Notes: generated from the sequence alone by a model not told the origin. A DNA stretch of 62,871 nt, filler included, from Licmophora abbreviata (GCA_900291995.1; 35 parts of 35 records of this genome joined end to end with filler, not necessarily neighbours in it), one strand, 5' to 3'. Shown: positions 24,331 to 36,198, counted from the first letter of the whole stretch. Numbers and translations are program-made.

Positions 24331-24764
24331 TCGTTCATGAGGTTTGCCACTTTGATATCAGCATCAGGGTCAACATCGGGGTCTACCGCTTGAAGCCTTG
24401 CAAGCTTTGTCCTGCGAACCGCCTGGATGTTGTTCTGACCTGCTCGAACCATTGCTTCCCTGGCTGCATGGCGTGCCATGATTGCTTCGCTGTATGCTGG
24501 TGCCGGGATGGTTACTCTCGTCTTCGTCTTCAACTCCTCGTTGATCTCTGTTCCGTAGTTGGTGCCGACATATTGTACCAACTTCTCCCATGTAGTCCGC
24601 ATGAGATCTGCGGACGCCTTCTGTCCGTAGTCAAACACGTTGGCTCCGAGTGCTTTGCAAAGTCCTTTCTTCGCTGTCTTCCTCGGGCTCGTGTAGTTCC
24701 TCCCACGGCCACGTCCTCGACCGCTGCTACGGCCACCTCGGCCGCGTCCACCTCTACCACTCAT
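24331..24764 (-). mobile_element. gag: Ty1/copia (CoDi-like) Gag N-terminus
   Basis: RG-rich start, then GLCKALGANVFDYG...ADLMRTTWEKLVQYVGTNYG; lies downstream of the LTR at 24983-25157. Confidence 0.85.
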
Positions 24765-24968
24765 GGTGTTAGGGGATTGCTTTATGTACGCTGTTCACTC
24801 GTCTCACGATGTCGATGTTGCTATCGTTGTCGTGATGTGATGATGCGTGATGTGATGCACCGTTGGGCGTGATTCTCGTCCGTTGAGAATGACCGCACGA
24901 TGACTCTGGCGATGATGTTCCTGTATCAAGGCCACCTCGTTCCTATGTTCCGATAGGGCTCCCGAGGG

Positions 24969-24982
24969 CTTCTATCGAATAA
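24969..24982 (-). promoter_or_regulatory. Non-tRNA primer-binding site complementary to the element's own LTR
   Basis: TTATTCGATAGAAG follows the LTR-terminal CA directly; 24969-24983 is the exact reverse complement of 25052-25066. Confidence 0.65.
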
Positions 24983-25157
24983 TGTTGGAAGTGAGCTCAA
25001 ACACTAGGATGATCGGAAGTAGTCTTACACTAAATCACTGTTGTCTACTAGATTATTCGATAGAAGTGAGCTTGAGAGAGCTGCGCCTTTGCAGCGAGAG
25101 TCATCAATCCCAAGAGGCTTTCTTCGCCTAGAATTGATAAAAAGACATCTCCCAACA
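24983..25157 (-). mobile_element. 5' LTR (175 bp) of the copia element
   Basis: Bounded by TGTTGG...CCAACA inverted termini; 218 nt of leader separate it from the gag ATG. Confidence 0.75.
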
Positions 25158-25387
25158 GCGACAACTTTTGCCTGATTCATCTCTCTCTTCCAAGATACCG
25201 AAGTTGATCATCGGAAATTCCACGCTTCTGTAGATTCCTACGAGGCATCCCTAGGACAACAGGGAATGAGAATAATCTTCCCAGACCGTCAGTTTGAAAA
25301 GGAATTCCTGACGTATGTGTCTAGCTTGATCTACGCGATGTTTACCTTCACCATACCATGACCGCCACAAATTGAGGGTGGGAGGGG

Positions 25388-26067
25388 TTGCCGATGACAG
25401 GTCAAGTCATGAGCTGTTTGCTTTCTACCGGTCAATCCCGCGAGAACCGTGTATGGGTTGACGACCGCTTGCGTCGTCATGGTGGCACACAGTCTATCTG
25501 TGCTCCCAATGAAGATGGTTTTGACGTCCATTTTGACCTCTTTTTGGCAAATGGACTGTTGAACCTAGACTCTCGTTACCCTACTGACGATGAGTTTGAG
25601 AACCTCCCAGTTGTCTGGCTGACCTCCGATGCTGAACCGTGGAACCCACGAGTCCTTGATGATGAAGATACTACGCGTTTCCTTCCGGTGTTTACTCCCG
25701 AAGGTGAGCTGAATATTCAGCACGCGTCGATGGAAGAAATTACTACTGCTGATCAGTGGGCCGAAGAGTCCGGTCGTCAGAGTGAGACCGTCCGCTTCCT
25801 TGTAGCGGCTTATTCGAGTCTCCTCCTTGGTGTCTCCGTGGCACAGTCTGTCATGTCGATTTTTGCGACAAAGGCGACGACCCGTCTGCCTGACTATGAC
25901 AAGTTCCGTTCCAAGCTCGGGTGGTTACCGCTTGACACCGTTCGTCGCACTTTTGAAGCTATGACGCAGTTGGCAGGCAAGGTTCCTCTACGTTTCCCTC
26001 TCCAGTGGCATACCAAGTCACGCTTCCCTCAGTTGAATCGTCGTCGTCTTGCTGAGACGTTTGCGAC
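25388..26067 (+). mobile_element. Second, oppositely oriented copia pol fragment (post-protease to pre-integrase region)
   Basis: RYPTDDEFENLPVVWLTSD.EPWNP and PDYDKFRSKLGWLP...RRTF...TQ...SRFPQLNRRRL.E.FAT, typical of diatom copia pol. Confidence 0.8.
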
Positions 26068-26167
26068 NNNNNNNNNNNNNNNNNNNNNNNNNNNNNNNNN
26101 NNNNNNNNNNNTTAATTAATTAANNNNNNNNNNNNNNNNNNNNNNNNNNNNNNNNNNNNNNNNNNNN

Positions 26168-26385
<218 letters not shown>

Positions 26386-26435
26386 TCAAGCTCCCAGATC
26401 ACGCAGCACGGCACCGCAGATCGAAAGGAAGACCG

Positions 26436-26840
26436 ATGAACGACGATTCGACCGAAGGATGGTTCGACCCCGAGACCACGACATTCGGCGACCGCGTCGC
26501 AGGCGCGCGCGAGCAGGCCGGCATGACGCAGGTCGAACTGGCCAAGCGCCTCGGCGTCAAGCTCAAGACCCTCAAGGCTTGGGAAAACGACCTGAGCGAG
26601 CCGCGTGCCAACAAGCTGTCGATGATGGCCGGGCTTTTGAACGTCTCGCTTCTGTGGCTGCTCTCGGGTCAGGGCGATGGCCCCGATGGCCCCGGCCAAG
26701 AGGGCGAGCTGTCGCGCGACGTGGCCGAGATGCTGACTGAAATTCGCGACATCCGCACGCATCTCACCCAATATACCGACCGTCTGGGCCGTCTGGAAAA
26801 GAACCTGCGCGCCAAGCTCAAGGACGAGGCCAGTGGCTGA
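26436..26840 (+). CDS. XRE-family HTH transcriptional regulator (bacterial)
   Basis: AAGGAAG RBS; TFGDR..AREQAGMTQVELAKRLGV...WEND.SEP; C-terminal coiled coil. Confidence 0.9.
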   Translation: MNDDSTEGWFDPETTTFGDRVAGAREQAGMTQVELAKRLGVKLKTLKAWENDLSEPRANKLSMMAGLLNVSLLWLLSGQGDGPDGPGQEGELSRDVAEMLTEIRDIRTHLTQYTDRLGRLEKNLRAKLKDEASG

Positions 26841-27099
26841 GGAAGACCGCGACACAAGGCTCCGGCGGCTGCACATGCGCTCGATCCGGCGGGGCATCAA
26901 GGAGATGGACATCATCCTGACCCGCTACAGCGAGGCGCGTCTGGCGGCCCTTGGTCCCGATCAGCTCGATCTTTATGACCGCCTGCTTTGGGAAAACGAT
27001 CAGGATCTCTACCAGTGGGTGACCGGGCAGGTGGCGGCCCCCGGACATTACGCCGATCTGGTGGCCGATATCGCGCGTCTGTCGGACGCGTCGCGCTGA
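26833..27099 (+). CDS. sdhE: Succinate dehydrogenase flavinylation factor SdhE (bacterial)
   Basis: RRGIKEMDIIL (RGxxE motif), LL.ENDQDLYQWV. Confidence 0.92.
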   Translation: MAEEDRDTRLRRLHMRSIRRGIKEMDIILTRYSEARLAALGPDQLDLYDRLLWENDQDLYQWVTGQVAAPGHYADLVADIARLSDASR

Positions 27100-27266
27100 T
27101 CCCGGCGATGCGCACCCTCATTGGTGCGCATCCCTGCCGACGCGGGCCGCCGCTCGGGGTGTTTAAAACGCTTTAGATGGCATTTTATCTGTCTTTCCTG
27201 CAGTTTACTGATTTTTGGGTATTTTGACCGATTGTCCCTTCCGAGCAGTTTCGCAAGGAGACGGGA

Positions 27267-27764
27267 ATGAGTTTGCACAAACCGCTGCCCACGGCCGAAC
27301 AAAAGGGCTTCATGTCGGGCTATCTTGATGCGCTGTCGCTGGTGGAACGCCTGCACCGCTTGCTTCTGGATGTCATCAAGGATGAATTCGAACGCCTCGG
27401 CGTGATCGAGGTGAATGCCGTTCAGGCGCTGTTGCTGTTCAATATCGGCGATAACGAGGTGACCGCCGGGGAACTCAAGACGCGCGGCTATTATCAGGGC
27501 AGCAATGTCAGCTACAATCTCAAGAAACTGGTGGATATGGGCTATATGCACCACCAACGCTGCGAGATTGACCGCCGCTCGGTCCGGGTCCGACTGACTG
27601 GCCGGGGGCGCGACATCCGCAATATCGTGGCGGGCCTCTTCGAACGCCATGCCGAAGGGCTTCAGGGTCGCGGTGTGCTTGGTGCCGATGGCATCGATCA
27701 GATCACCATCGCGCTGCGCCGGGTCGAACATTACTGGACCGATCAGATCCGCTACATCTACTGA
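27267..27764 (+). CDS. MarR-family winged-helix regulator (LdtR-like, bacterial)
   Basis: ERLHRLLLDVIKDE, RGYYQGSNVSYNLKKL, DRRSVRVRLT. Confidence 0.9.
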   Translation: MSLHKPLPTAEQKGFMSGYLDALSLVERLHRLLLDVIKDEFERLGVIEVNAVQALLLFNIGDNEVTAGELKTRGYYQGSNVSYNLKKLVDMGYMHHQRCEIDRRSVRVRLTGRGRDIRNIVAGLFERHAEGLQGRGVLGADGIDQITIALRRVEHYWTDQIRYIY

Positions 27765-27900
27765 CCGCCCGGCTGAACCCGAAGCGACCGGACCGGCCGC
27801 GCCCCGCCTGTCCGCTCCTGTGACAGCACGGGCGCGGCCACTTCGCGCAGCAGCTTGCGCCGCATGGCGTCGGCGAAATCCTCGAAATCGCGGGCAGTCT
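27758..27900 (-). CDS. DUF1194-like protein, C-terminal fragment (bacterial)
   Basis: TARDFEDFADAMRRKLLREVA; its stop overlaps the convergent MarR gene end. Confidence 0.6.
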
Positions 27901-28000
27901 NNNNNNNNNNNNNNNNNNNNNNNNNNNNNNNNNNNNNNNNNNNNTTAATTAATTAANNNNNNNNNNNNNNNNNNNNNNNNNNNNNNNNNNNNNNNNNNNN

Positions 28001-28910
28001 CGATGATGTTCATGGCGCGCGGCAGCTTGGCGGTGGGGCCATCCTCGGTGGGCTTGAGGCCGACACCCAGAACATCCTCCATCACATTGAGCGCATGGGT
28101 CCGCGCCAGCACCGGCTGACCGTCGAAAATGTCGCCCTTGATGAGCACGACATGCTCGGTGCCGCTGATCTGGTCGGTGAAGAGCCGCATCTCCCATGCC
28201 CCGCCATGCGAGGAATGCACGGTTTCGCGGCGCACCTCGCGCACGAGGTTGTCATGCTTGTGGCGATAGGCGATCAGATCCGAGATCGTACCGATCTTGA
28301 GCCCATGCTCGACCGCGAACTCGATCAGGTCGGGCAGACGCGCCATGGAGCCGTCTTCCTTCATGATCTCGCAGATCACCCCGGCGGGCTTGAGCCCGGC
28401 CAGCCGCGCGATATCGACAGCCGCCTCGGTATGGCCCGCACGGACCATGACGCCGCCCTGACGGGCGCGCAGCGGGAACACATGGCCCGGTGTCGCGATG
28501 GCGGCGGTGTTCTGCTCGTTGATCGCCACTTCGATGGTGCGCGCGCGGTCGGCTGCGGAAATACCGGTGGTGACCCCCTCACGCGCCTCGATCGACACGG
28601 TGAAGGCGGTTTCCATCCGCGAGGAGTTGTTGACCGACATCATCGGCAGGCCAAGCTGCGCGATGCGCTCGGCGGTCATCGGCAGGCAGATCAGGCCACG
28701 CCCATGGGTGGCCATGAAATTCACCGCCTCGGGCGTGGCGAATTCGGCGGCGATGACCAGATCGCCTTCGTTCTCGCGGTCCTCGTGATCCACCAGAATG
28801 AACATCCGCCCGGCGCGCGCCTCGGCGATGATCTCTTCGGTGGGGGCGATATGCCGGCGAAGGCTTTGTTCAACTTCGCCCGGCTTCTCGAAGGGGACTG
28901 TTTCGGACAT
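28001..28910 (-). CDS. ribB: 3,4-dihydroxy-2-butanone-4-phosphate synthase (RibB/RibBA-type, bacterial, 3'-truncated)
   Basis: [47 protein letters not shown]. Confidence 0.96.
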
Positions 28911-28988
28911 GGCGATATTCCTTGGCTTTCGGCCCTGCCAGATAACGCAGGCCAAGAGGCTTGGAAAGGGCCGATGTCGGGAAACGCT

Positions 28989-29708
28989 TTAAAGCATGCG
29001 CTTTCGGATGCGGTGGATCATCCACCAGACCAGCAGCACCACCACCGGCGTGGCGCCCGCCGTCAGCATCTCCTTGCTGAGGCCAAGCGGCTGTGCGAGC
29101 GGATAAAGCAGGTAGGCCGCCAGCGACACCGCATAATAGCTGATCGCGACGACACTCAGCCCCTCGACCGTCTTTTGCAGGCGCAATTGCATGTCCGCGC
29201 GCTGATCCATGCTTTCCAGCAGGGCCTGATTCTGCGCGCTGCGCTCGACATCGACGCGGGTCCGCAGCAATTCGCCCGCGCGCATCGCCCGGTCCGCCAT
29301 CGCATTGAGCCGGTCCTGACTGGATTTGACGGTGCGCATCGCTGGATCATAGCGGCGCATCATGAATTCCGAGAAGGTTTGCCGCCCCTCGAAGCGCTGT
29401 TCACGCAGCACCGCAATCCGCTGATGCACGATATGTTCATAGGCCCCCGTCGCCCCGAAGCGGAACGAGGATTGCGCCACCATGCTTTCCAGCTCCGCCG
29501 AGATCGACAGAAGGCTTTTCAGCGTATCCTCGGCGCGGGTCCCGGCCCCGGTCATGTCGCCGATCATCTTGGTGAGCTGGCCATCAAGCTCGCCCATCCG
29601 CGCGCTCAGTTCTCCGGCCCGCGAAAAGCCAAGCATCGACATCGCCTTGTAGGTCTCGATCTCACACAGGCGCTGCACGACACGGCCGATCCGGCGCTGG
29701 CCGGTCTG
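28989..29708 (-). CDS. DUF3422-family membrane-anchored protein, C-terminal part (bacterial)
   Basis: QRLCEIETY, FRFGAT.AY, RRYDPAMRT, QLRLQKTVEGLSVVAISYY. Confidence 0.9.
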   Translation of the reverse strand, partial: QTGQRRIGRVVQRLCEIETYKAMSMLGFSRAGELSARMGELDGQLTKMIGDMTGAGTRAEDTLKSLLSISAELESMVAQSSFRFGATGAYEHIVHQRIAVLREQRFEGRQTFSEFMMRRYDPAMRTVKSSQDRLNAMADRAMRAGELLRTRVDVERSAQNQALLESMDQRADMQLRLQKTVEGLSVVAISYYAVSLAAYLLYPLAQPLGLSKEMLTAGATPVVVLLVWWMIHRIRKRML

Positions 29709-29808
29709 NNNNNNNNNNNNNNNNNNNNNNNNNNNNNNNNNNNNNNNNNNNNTTAATTAATTAANNNNNNNNNNNNNNNNNNNNNNNNNNNNNNNNNNNN
29801 NNNNNNNN

Positions 29809-31511
29809 ATTGATCGGTACCTCTCTTCTCGTGGATACTGCTGCGCAGCTGTCAGTGATGATGACGACGACAACAACAACAGTGATGAGGGCTGTGACGA
29901 CAATACTTCTGGATCTCCCTATGTTGGTCCAGATCAAGAGCTTTCTGATACAGGTAAAGATACATCAGCTCAGTTGGAACCTGCAGTCATGATGGAAGTG
30001 CTTTCAGACATTAGTACTAGCGATGTCGATGAGACGGCTGACGACGGTCGTTTGTCGACTGAGAAGAAGGAACGGAAACCGTATCGATTTGGAACGAGAA
30101 CAATCACAGTGGGCAAGACTAAAGTCGAGGGATTTCCAAACAGTCACGTGGCTATTCCTACTACGCTGGAGTCACAGTATACGAAAGCTAAGGCACAGAT
30201 GCAGCGCCTACAAGCTTCGCTTAGCCATAAGATATACTCTGGAACGCCAGAGTCGCGACGATTGATCGCATCCGCCCTGCTCTGTGCCCCAGGACTTTCC
30301 CTGTCTGCGGCGGAAGGCTTGATCCCACTATTTCTGGCCGCCCTACTGGTAAATGCTGGAATCAATATCAACGTTGACAACCTTGTTGCGTCCTGTCCAA
30401 CCGAAAATACTTTGCGGGAGCTCCTTGTCGAGTATGCTGTGGATTGCCTGATTGAGATCGGCGACAAGATCGCAGTGTCAACGTCAAAGAAGTTTCTGGG
30501 AGCTGACAAAGGCAACAAGAAAGGAATTGGGCATCTCGTGAAAGTTCTTTCTTGGTGGGAAGCAGCAACGCAGTCTATTCATACATTTGTTGTCGACATT
30601 GACGCAAGCGAGGGAGATAGTGAGGCGTGTGCCGATGCCATCCAACATTCCCTGCGAAAATTGCACCAGACACTTCAATTGTCTGGGCAATGCACCGACA
30701 GTGGCGGTGGTGGAGTTCTCGACTCCCTGGCTGAAAAGCTTGACGCGCGTGGATTGACCGAGGACAGATACGCTGTTGCAGCGTGTACTCTTCATGCTCT
30801 ACAGATCACACTCGCAAATCCTGTCAAGGCTGTGTTTGGAGACGGAGGGCTTGGCAAACGCAACGTCATGCAGATGCTTCATTCTGCCTACGACTTACAA
30901 GAGTGCTTCGAGTCTTCGGAGTTCAAACAGATGTGGCATGCTGCAAAACAGAGGGTTCGAAATGAACAGCAAGAAGCCGAGGAAAATGAAATGCCGGGTG
31001 AGGGCCAGGAGGAGGCGCTGGGTGGTGGCGCTGAGAAGTGGCGACGCATTTCAAAACCGGTACTCACTCGGTGGTGGTTCGTTGGTGTAGCTGCCTGCCA
31101 TCTATTCGAGAATTGGGATATCTGGAAGGAGGTGTGCCAATGGTTGTCAATGTGCATACAACTACCACCAGTGCAAACACCATCGCGTCGAATCTTGATT
31201 CTTTAATGAATGAGCCAGCTCTGAAAGCCGAGCTGGCATTTCTGAAGGGTTTCCACACTGCATTTATTTTCGAACACTTTGACTTCTTACAAGACAATGA
31301 CCCAATCACAAAACACGCTGGCTTCCGTTCACATCACGTTCTGGTGCGGTACTTCTTGATGGATAAGGACCTCAATACGCTTGACATCGCAACAAACGAA
31401 CACTTCCAAGACTATGTTTCAGCAAAGGCCCTCATGACTGTTGACGAAGTGGACACGGCAAGATTAGCAATCAAGGAGATCGACTTCCTTACAGAGGCCA
31501 AGGCATCCCTC
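29809..31511 (+). mobile_element. hAT-superfamily DDE transposase (both ends truncated; 1-nt frameshift at 31139-31140)
   Basis: First Asp (LGADKG), second Asp (GQCTDSG), CxxH (CTLH) and PVLTRW motif in hAT order; adding one A joins the 31038 frame. Confidence 0.7.
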
Positions 31512-32024
31512 NNNNNNNNNNNNNNNNNNNNNNNNNNNNNNNNNNNNNNNNNNNNTTAATTAATTAANNNNNNNNNNNNNNNNNNNNNNNNNNNNNNNNN
31601 NNNNNNNNNNNAGAGAGACGCGGCGAGGTCAAAATGGAAAAGGGAGGGGGGAATTTTTTGGCGCCCAGATTCCGCATACCCCTCGGCTGGGCTGGGCGTT
31701 CAGCCAATCAGATCGTTTTGGATACTATTATTGCTTATGTATTTCCGTAATTTAGCTTAGGTATTTCCGTAATTTGCGACTGCATTAGCCATACAATAGA
31801 ATGGAGTAATATCTCCCGACCAATTATCGACTCATTCGACTAGCTCGACCTAACGTCTGATGATGGCGCGCGCAAAAGACTTGGCATTGCGAAACCCGCA
31901 CCAAGGTCATAATTCAGGAACGGGTGCCGTTGAGAGTGGTGTGAAGCAGCTAGAAGGACGCCACACATCGGGAGGAAACGCCGAGACGATTGATGTATAC
32001 GTCTTGTGGAGAGATAGAGAAAGC

Positions 32025-33303
32025 ATGGACACCACCGAAGAAAGAGGCATGGAGGGCCATTGCAAGATCCTTCGTCCGCGCGGACGGAGCGTTGTGCTTG
32101 CGCTCGTACTGTTGACTGTGGCTATCCATATGATGCCTATGTCGTCCAATGCGCCACTAACTTCGTGGTTAACGCAAGTGGAAGGGTCGCCATCATCGCT
32201 ACAGTCGAATCAGCAGAATAACACTGTCCGCGAGACTGAAATACCACCGTCGAGTCCATCATCGTTGGAGCAAATGCAACACACTGACAGTGTCCCGCCC
32301 GAGACGGAAAGCCCTCTGGCGTCGACTACGTCATCATTATCAGCGTCAAAGTCAACTCAGCGAGACGACATTTTCCGTGAGGAGACTGAAAGCCCGGCTT
32401 CGAATCCCTCGCGCCCGCTTGTAGCCGTTCATGTTGGACCACCCAAGACTGGGACGACGTCACTACAGGAGTTCATGGCCTGTCATCACGAAGCCTTGGA
32501 ACAAGACAACTTCAATTATCTTGGCAAGGTGAACAGGGAATGCATGCGAAAAATTGACAAGGATTGGGTTCGTCCGTTTTGTCAGTCAGCTGGGATGCCT
32601 AAAAAGGCGATAGATACGGATGGTAGCAAGTTACGGCGGCAAATAGAAGAACGACTGAACAACGGGACCAGCGTCATACTTTCAGATGAAAGTTTCGGGG
32701 CAAATTCAGAAAAGGTAGGACAAATGGTCAAGAATATTAACTTGACAGTTGGTCATGATGCAATACTCCTTGTCGGCTATCGCCGATACTACAGTTGGAT
32801 GGTCAGTCTACATCGGTATTCATATGCTCCTGTTTGGTATCAGAAGAAATATTGGGAAACTTGGCCTCCGGACGGCCCTCGAGTGCCGAGTTTTTCGGAG
32901 TTCTTTCAAGAGTACATTTCGCGACAACATCCAGCCGCCGACTTTCGTGACAAGTTCAACGAGACCATCCCAAAGGTTGTGTATGTAAATATGCATCGCA
33001 CTGACGACGTGGTTTCGGAATTTCTGTGCGATACTATGCCAAGGCTGAACCATTCGTGTACATACTATCATGATACTCTTGGAACGATGAGGTCAAACGA
33101 GCGCGCCGCGAGTGACCCATATACGTTGGACTATGAACTTATTGCATATCGGGCACACGCCAAAGGACTACTGAACTCCACAATTTCACGAAGGAGTGCC
33201 GTCGAAGGTATCAAGCGCAAGTTCCAGTCAGTATACTCAGTGGTCAACGACAGCAATCTCAATTCGTCTAGTGGAGAGGGGCATGCACCACCGCTGGAAT
33301 GTT
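32025..33303 (+). CDS. Type II membrane sulfotransferase-like protein (3'-truncated)
   Basis: N-terminal TM, S/P/T stem, HVGPPKTGTTSLQ (5'-PSB loop), YRRYYSWMVS (3'-PB motif). Confidence 0.8.
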
Positions 33304-34060
33304 NNNNNNNNNNNNNNNNNNNNNNNNNNNNNNNNNNNNNNNNNNNNTTAATTAATTAANNNNNNNNNNNNNNNNNNNNNNNNNNNNNNNNNNNNNNNNN
33401 NNNTTGAGCCTAGATGAGCGTCCTTCTTCCTGTATCATAGTCGATTTGGCGAGTCGCGATGCGACGATGCCTGCGTGGCGTGGTCGCCATGTCGCATGTG
33501 GTGTTTCCTTGTTCGGGTGGCATCGCGGTATCGCGCGCTGTAATCGGCGCGCTCTCGGCGAAGTTTGTCCCGCGTTTTGCTTTCGCAACGACTCCCTAGA
33601 AATGTTGCACCCATCATATCGGCACACGCCTCCCACTACGAATATAATCCTTTCGCATAGACTCTCTTGCGCAGTAGCTGAAGGTACGACAGGGACATTA
33701 TACGCCGTATACCGCGCAACCGCAGTCGAAACCAAGAAGAAATATGTAATTTAACAAAGTACACGAGGCTAACTTCACGAATCGAATAGCACAGTTTTGC
33801 TGATTTGTGCGATTGGTGAAGGAGTTTCCTGCCATGATATGCAACATGTAAGGACTTTAAGACTGCTCTGAGCATGTGACACCATCTTGCGAGCAGCAGT
33901 GCGAGCAGCAGGTGCAGTCCGTCTCTGGAAATGGACCTAAACAGTCCGCCCAGAACTCGTCGATCGGGCTGGATCGTTCACAGAAGAATGGATCGAGGCT
34001 AGTGTCAAAGGCATTTCCTTGCAGGAGGATCCTCTCTGAGCACCGACAAAAAGCAGATCG

Positions 34061-35096
34061 TTAGATGCGTAGAGAAGGAGTGCAATATTTCACCTGCAAG
34101 AGAGACTCACCCAAAAGAGGCAATGTCGCAATCTCCGTCGGAACGGCACCAGTCAATTCGTTGTACCGAAGACTCAAAAGTTCAAGGTTCTGAAACAGGC
34201 CAAACTCTGTTGGAATCAAGCCTGAAAATTCATTGAGTCCAAACTCGATGAACCTGATGTCACTAAGGCGTCCGACTTCTGACGGTATAACACCTCTCAC
34301 CCCCGTCCTGAAAAAACTGATTAATTCAAGTCGAGACAGTAGTCCGATCTCGACAGGCATCTCCCCACTGAGAAAGTTCGGACCAAAGTCAAGGGATGTC
34401 AAGCCAGTAAAACTACCAATTAAAGCCGGTACCGATCCCGTTAGCCGGTTAGCGTCGACATACAGGTCGGTGAGCTGGCCCGAAGCCGGGAATGCCGAAA
34501 GAAACTGCTCCAAGTTTCCAGTCAGCTGGTTTTCCTGGAGATAAACAAAATTGATCGAACTGCTCCCGTTGAAATGTGGAATAGGACCACTAAGCTCGTT
34601 TTCGGATAGTGCGATGCGCCGCAGCCTAGGTAGCTCTCCGATGGAGATAGGAATTTCACCACTCAGATTGTTATCAAAAAGGAACAAAGAATCAAGCGAG
34701 GGGTTTCTGAATGCGGGAATAGCTCCAACGAACGAGTTGCCGGCGAGGTTGAGAAATTCCAAAGTGCCGATTGCTGCCAAGGAAGCCGGGATATTCCCAG
34801 ATATGCGACAGTCGCTCAGTCCCATAGCTCGCAGCCCCATTGCGCCGATCGTACCGAGTGTTGCAGGCAGGGCTCCTCCGAGCTCTCTATTCTCAAACAG
34901 ATACAGTGTTTCGAGTCGCGGAAGCTCAAACAACGATTCGGGGATCGTACCGATCAAGAAGTTCTCAGCGACATCGAGGGTCTCGAGGGAAACCAGGGAG
35001 GCAATTGTAGCGGGAATTTCACCTTTGATACCATTGGTACGGATGTCCAGCACCTCCAGCGAGCCGAGAGACGTGATTTCGCTTGGAAGGAAGCCC
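34061..35096 (-). CDS. Plant-type leucine-rich-repeat protein, internal exon (donor GTGAGT near 34110)
   Basis: Many LxxLxLxxNxLxGxIPxxxG repeats. Confidence 0.92.
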
Positions 35097-35196
35097 NNNN
35101 NNNNNNNNNNNNNNNNNNNNNNNNNNNNNNNNNNNNNNNNTTAATTAATTAANNNNNNNNNNNNNNNNNNNNNNNNNNNNNNNNNNNNNNNNNNNN

Positions 35197-36198
35197 ATTG
35201 TTCCCATGGAAGAGCTCCAGAAGCAGAAAGACGTCGTTGTGCCTCAATTTGATATAAAGAAAGCGACCAAGTACAAAGGAAGGATAATCCTGTCGCCTGT
35301 CTCGGAAGGCTCCAACGAGTCACGAATGGACCTGTCTGAGAGCAATTCGAACAGTGGATACGCTGCTCGTGCTGCTCGACAAGAAAACGACCCTGGCGTA
35401 ACCCCAAAGACACTAAGCGAGCAGCACCTTGAGCGTACCATTGTTGCAATGCGCCACTTGATCGTTCAACAGCAGCGGAATTTGAAGACGCTGGAAGAAC
35501 AGAACACGAGATACAGAGCCAATCTGGCGACATGTCAGGAGCATATTCTTGCTCTCAAGAAGACGCAGCTTGATCAGCAAGACGAAGTCCACAAGCTCAA
35601 CTTTGATTGCGAAAGCTCCAAGGCAGAGATATTGTGGCTTCGTGGGGAGCTCAAGACGAGTAGGGGAGAGAATTCAAAGTCACATTCCATTCCGCAGAAT
35701 GGGCAGACTGCAAGGTTCGGGATGCCGGAAGAGGAAATGGAGAGTGAAAGAGGGCATGACAGCGGAGAAAATGTCTCGGAGTCTGAGCTCAAATGGGCTC
35801 TACGACAACGTTCCAAGATGAATACATATGGAAGAAAGTCCCGTTCGGAAAAGGACAAGGAGTCGAGCCCTAGAGCGACCAACGAGGCTCCCAAACGCAA
35901 CACGCCTGGGAAGTGCGATGACATTGAGGAACTTCAGAGGCGTGCATCGAACCTCAGGATCGTTGTTTCCCGGATGAAGCAGCAAGATAAAAGTGAAGGA
36001 GAAAATGAGTCTCGGGATGACAACTTCAATGTCACTGGATACGCTGGTGCTGAGATTGGAACGTTCACGTCTCATAGCCGGGACGCTCCGCCTGCCTCGC
36101 AGTGGCGTGGTCAGCAGAGCGGAACTGCTCGAGTACGATTTCATTCTGATGTTACAAGCGGCAAACTCAGGGGAAGGGGTGCAATGGACACGTTCTGA
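35197..36198 (+). CDS. Hypothetical coiled-coil protein, C-terminal part
   Basis: 330-codon open frame with a heptad-rich segment. Confidence 0.6.
   Translation: MVPMEELQKQKDVVVPQFDIKKATKYKGRIILSPVSEGSNESRMDLSESNSNSGYAARAARQENDPGVTPKTLSEQHLERTIVAMRHLIVQQQRNLKTLEEQNTRYRANLATCQEHILALKKTQLDQQDEVHKLNFDCESSKAEILWLRGELKTSRGENSKSHSIPQNGQTARFGMPEEEMESERGHDSGENVSESELKWALRQRSKMNTYGRKSRSEKDKESSPRATNEAPKRNTPGKCDDIEELQRRASNLRIVVSRMKQQDKSEGENESRDDNFNVTGYAGAEIGTFTSHSRDAPPASQWRGQQSGTARVRFHSDVTSGKLRGRGAMDTF

Noticed and set aside
28095..29756. 553-aa plus-strand ORF and similar long ORFs at 3828, 4725, 17851, 27048 and 44136
   Set aside because: They are antisense shadows of recognisable genes in GC-rich bacterial DNA.
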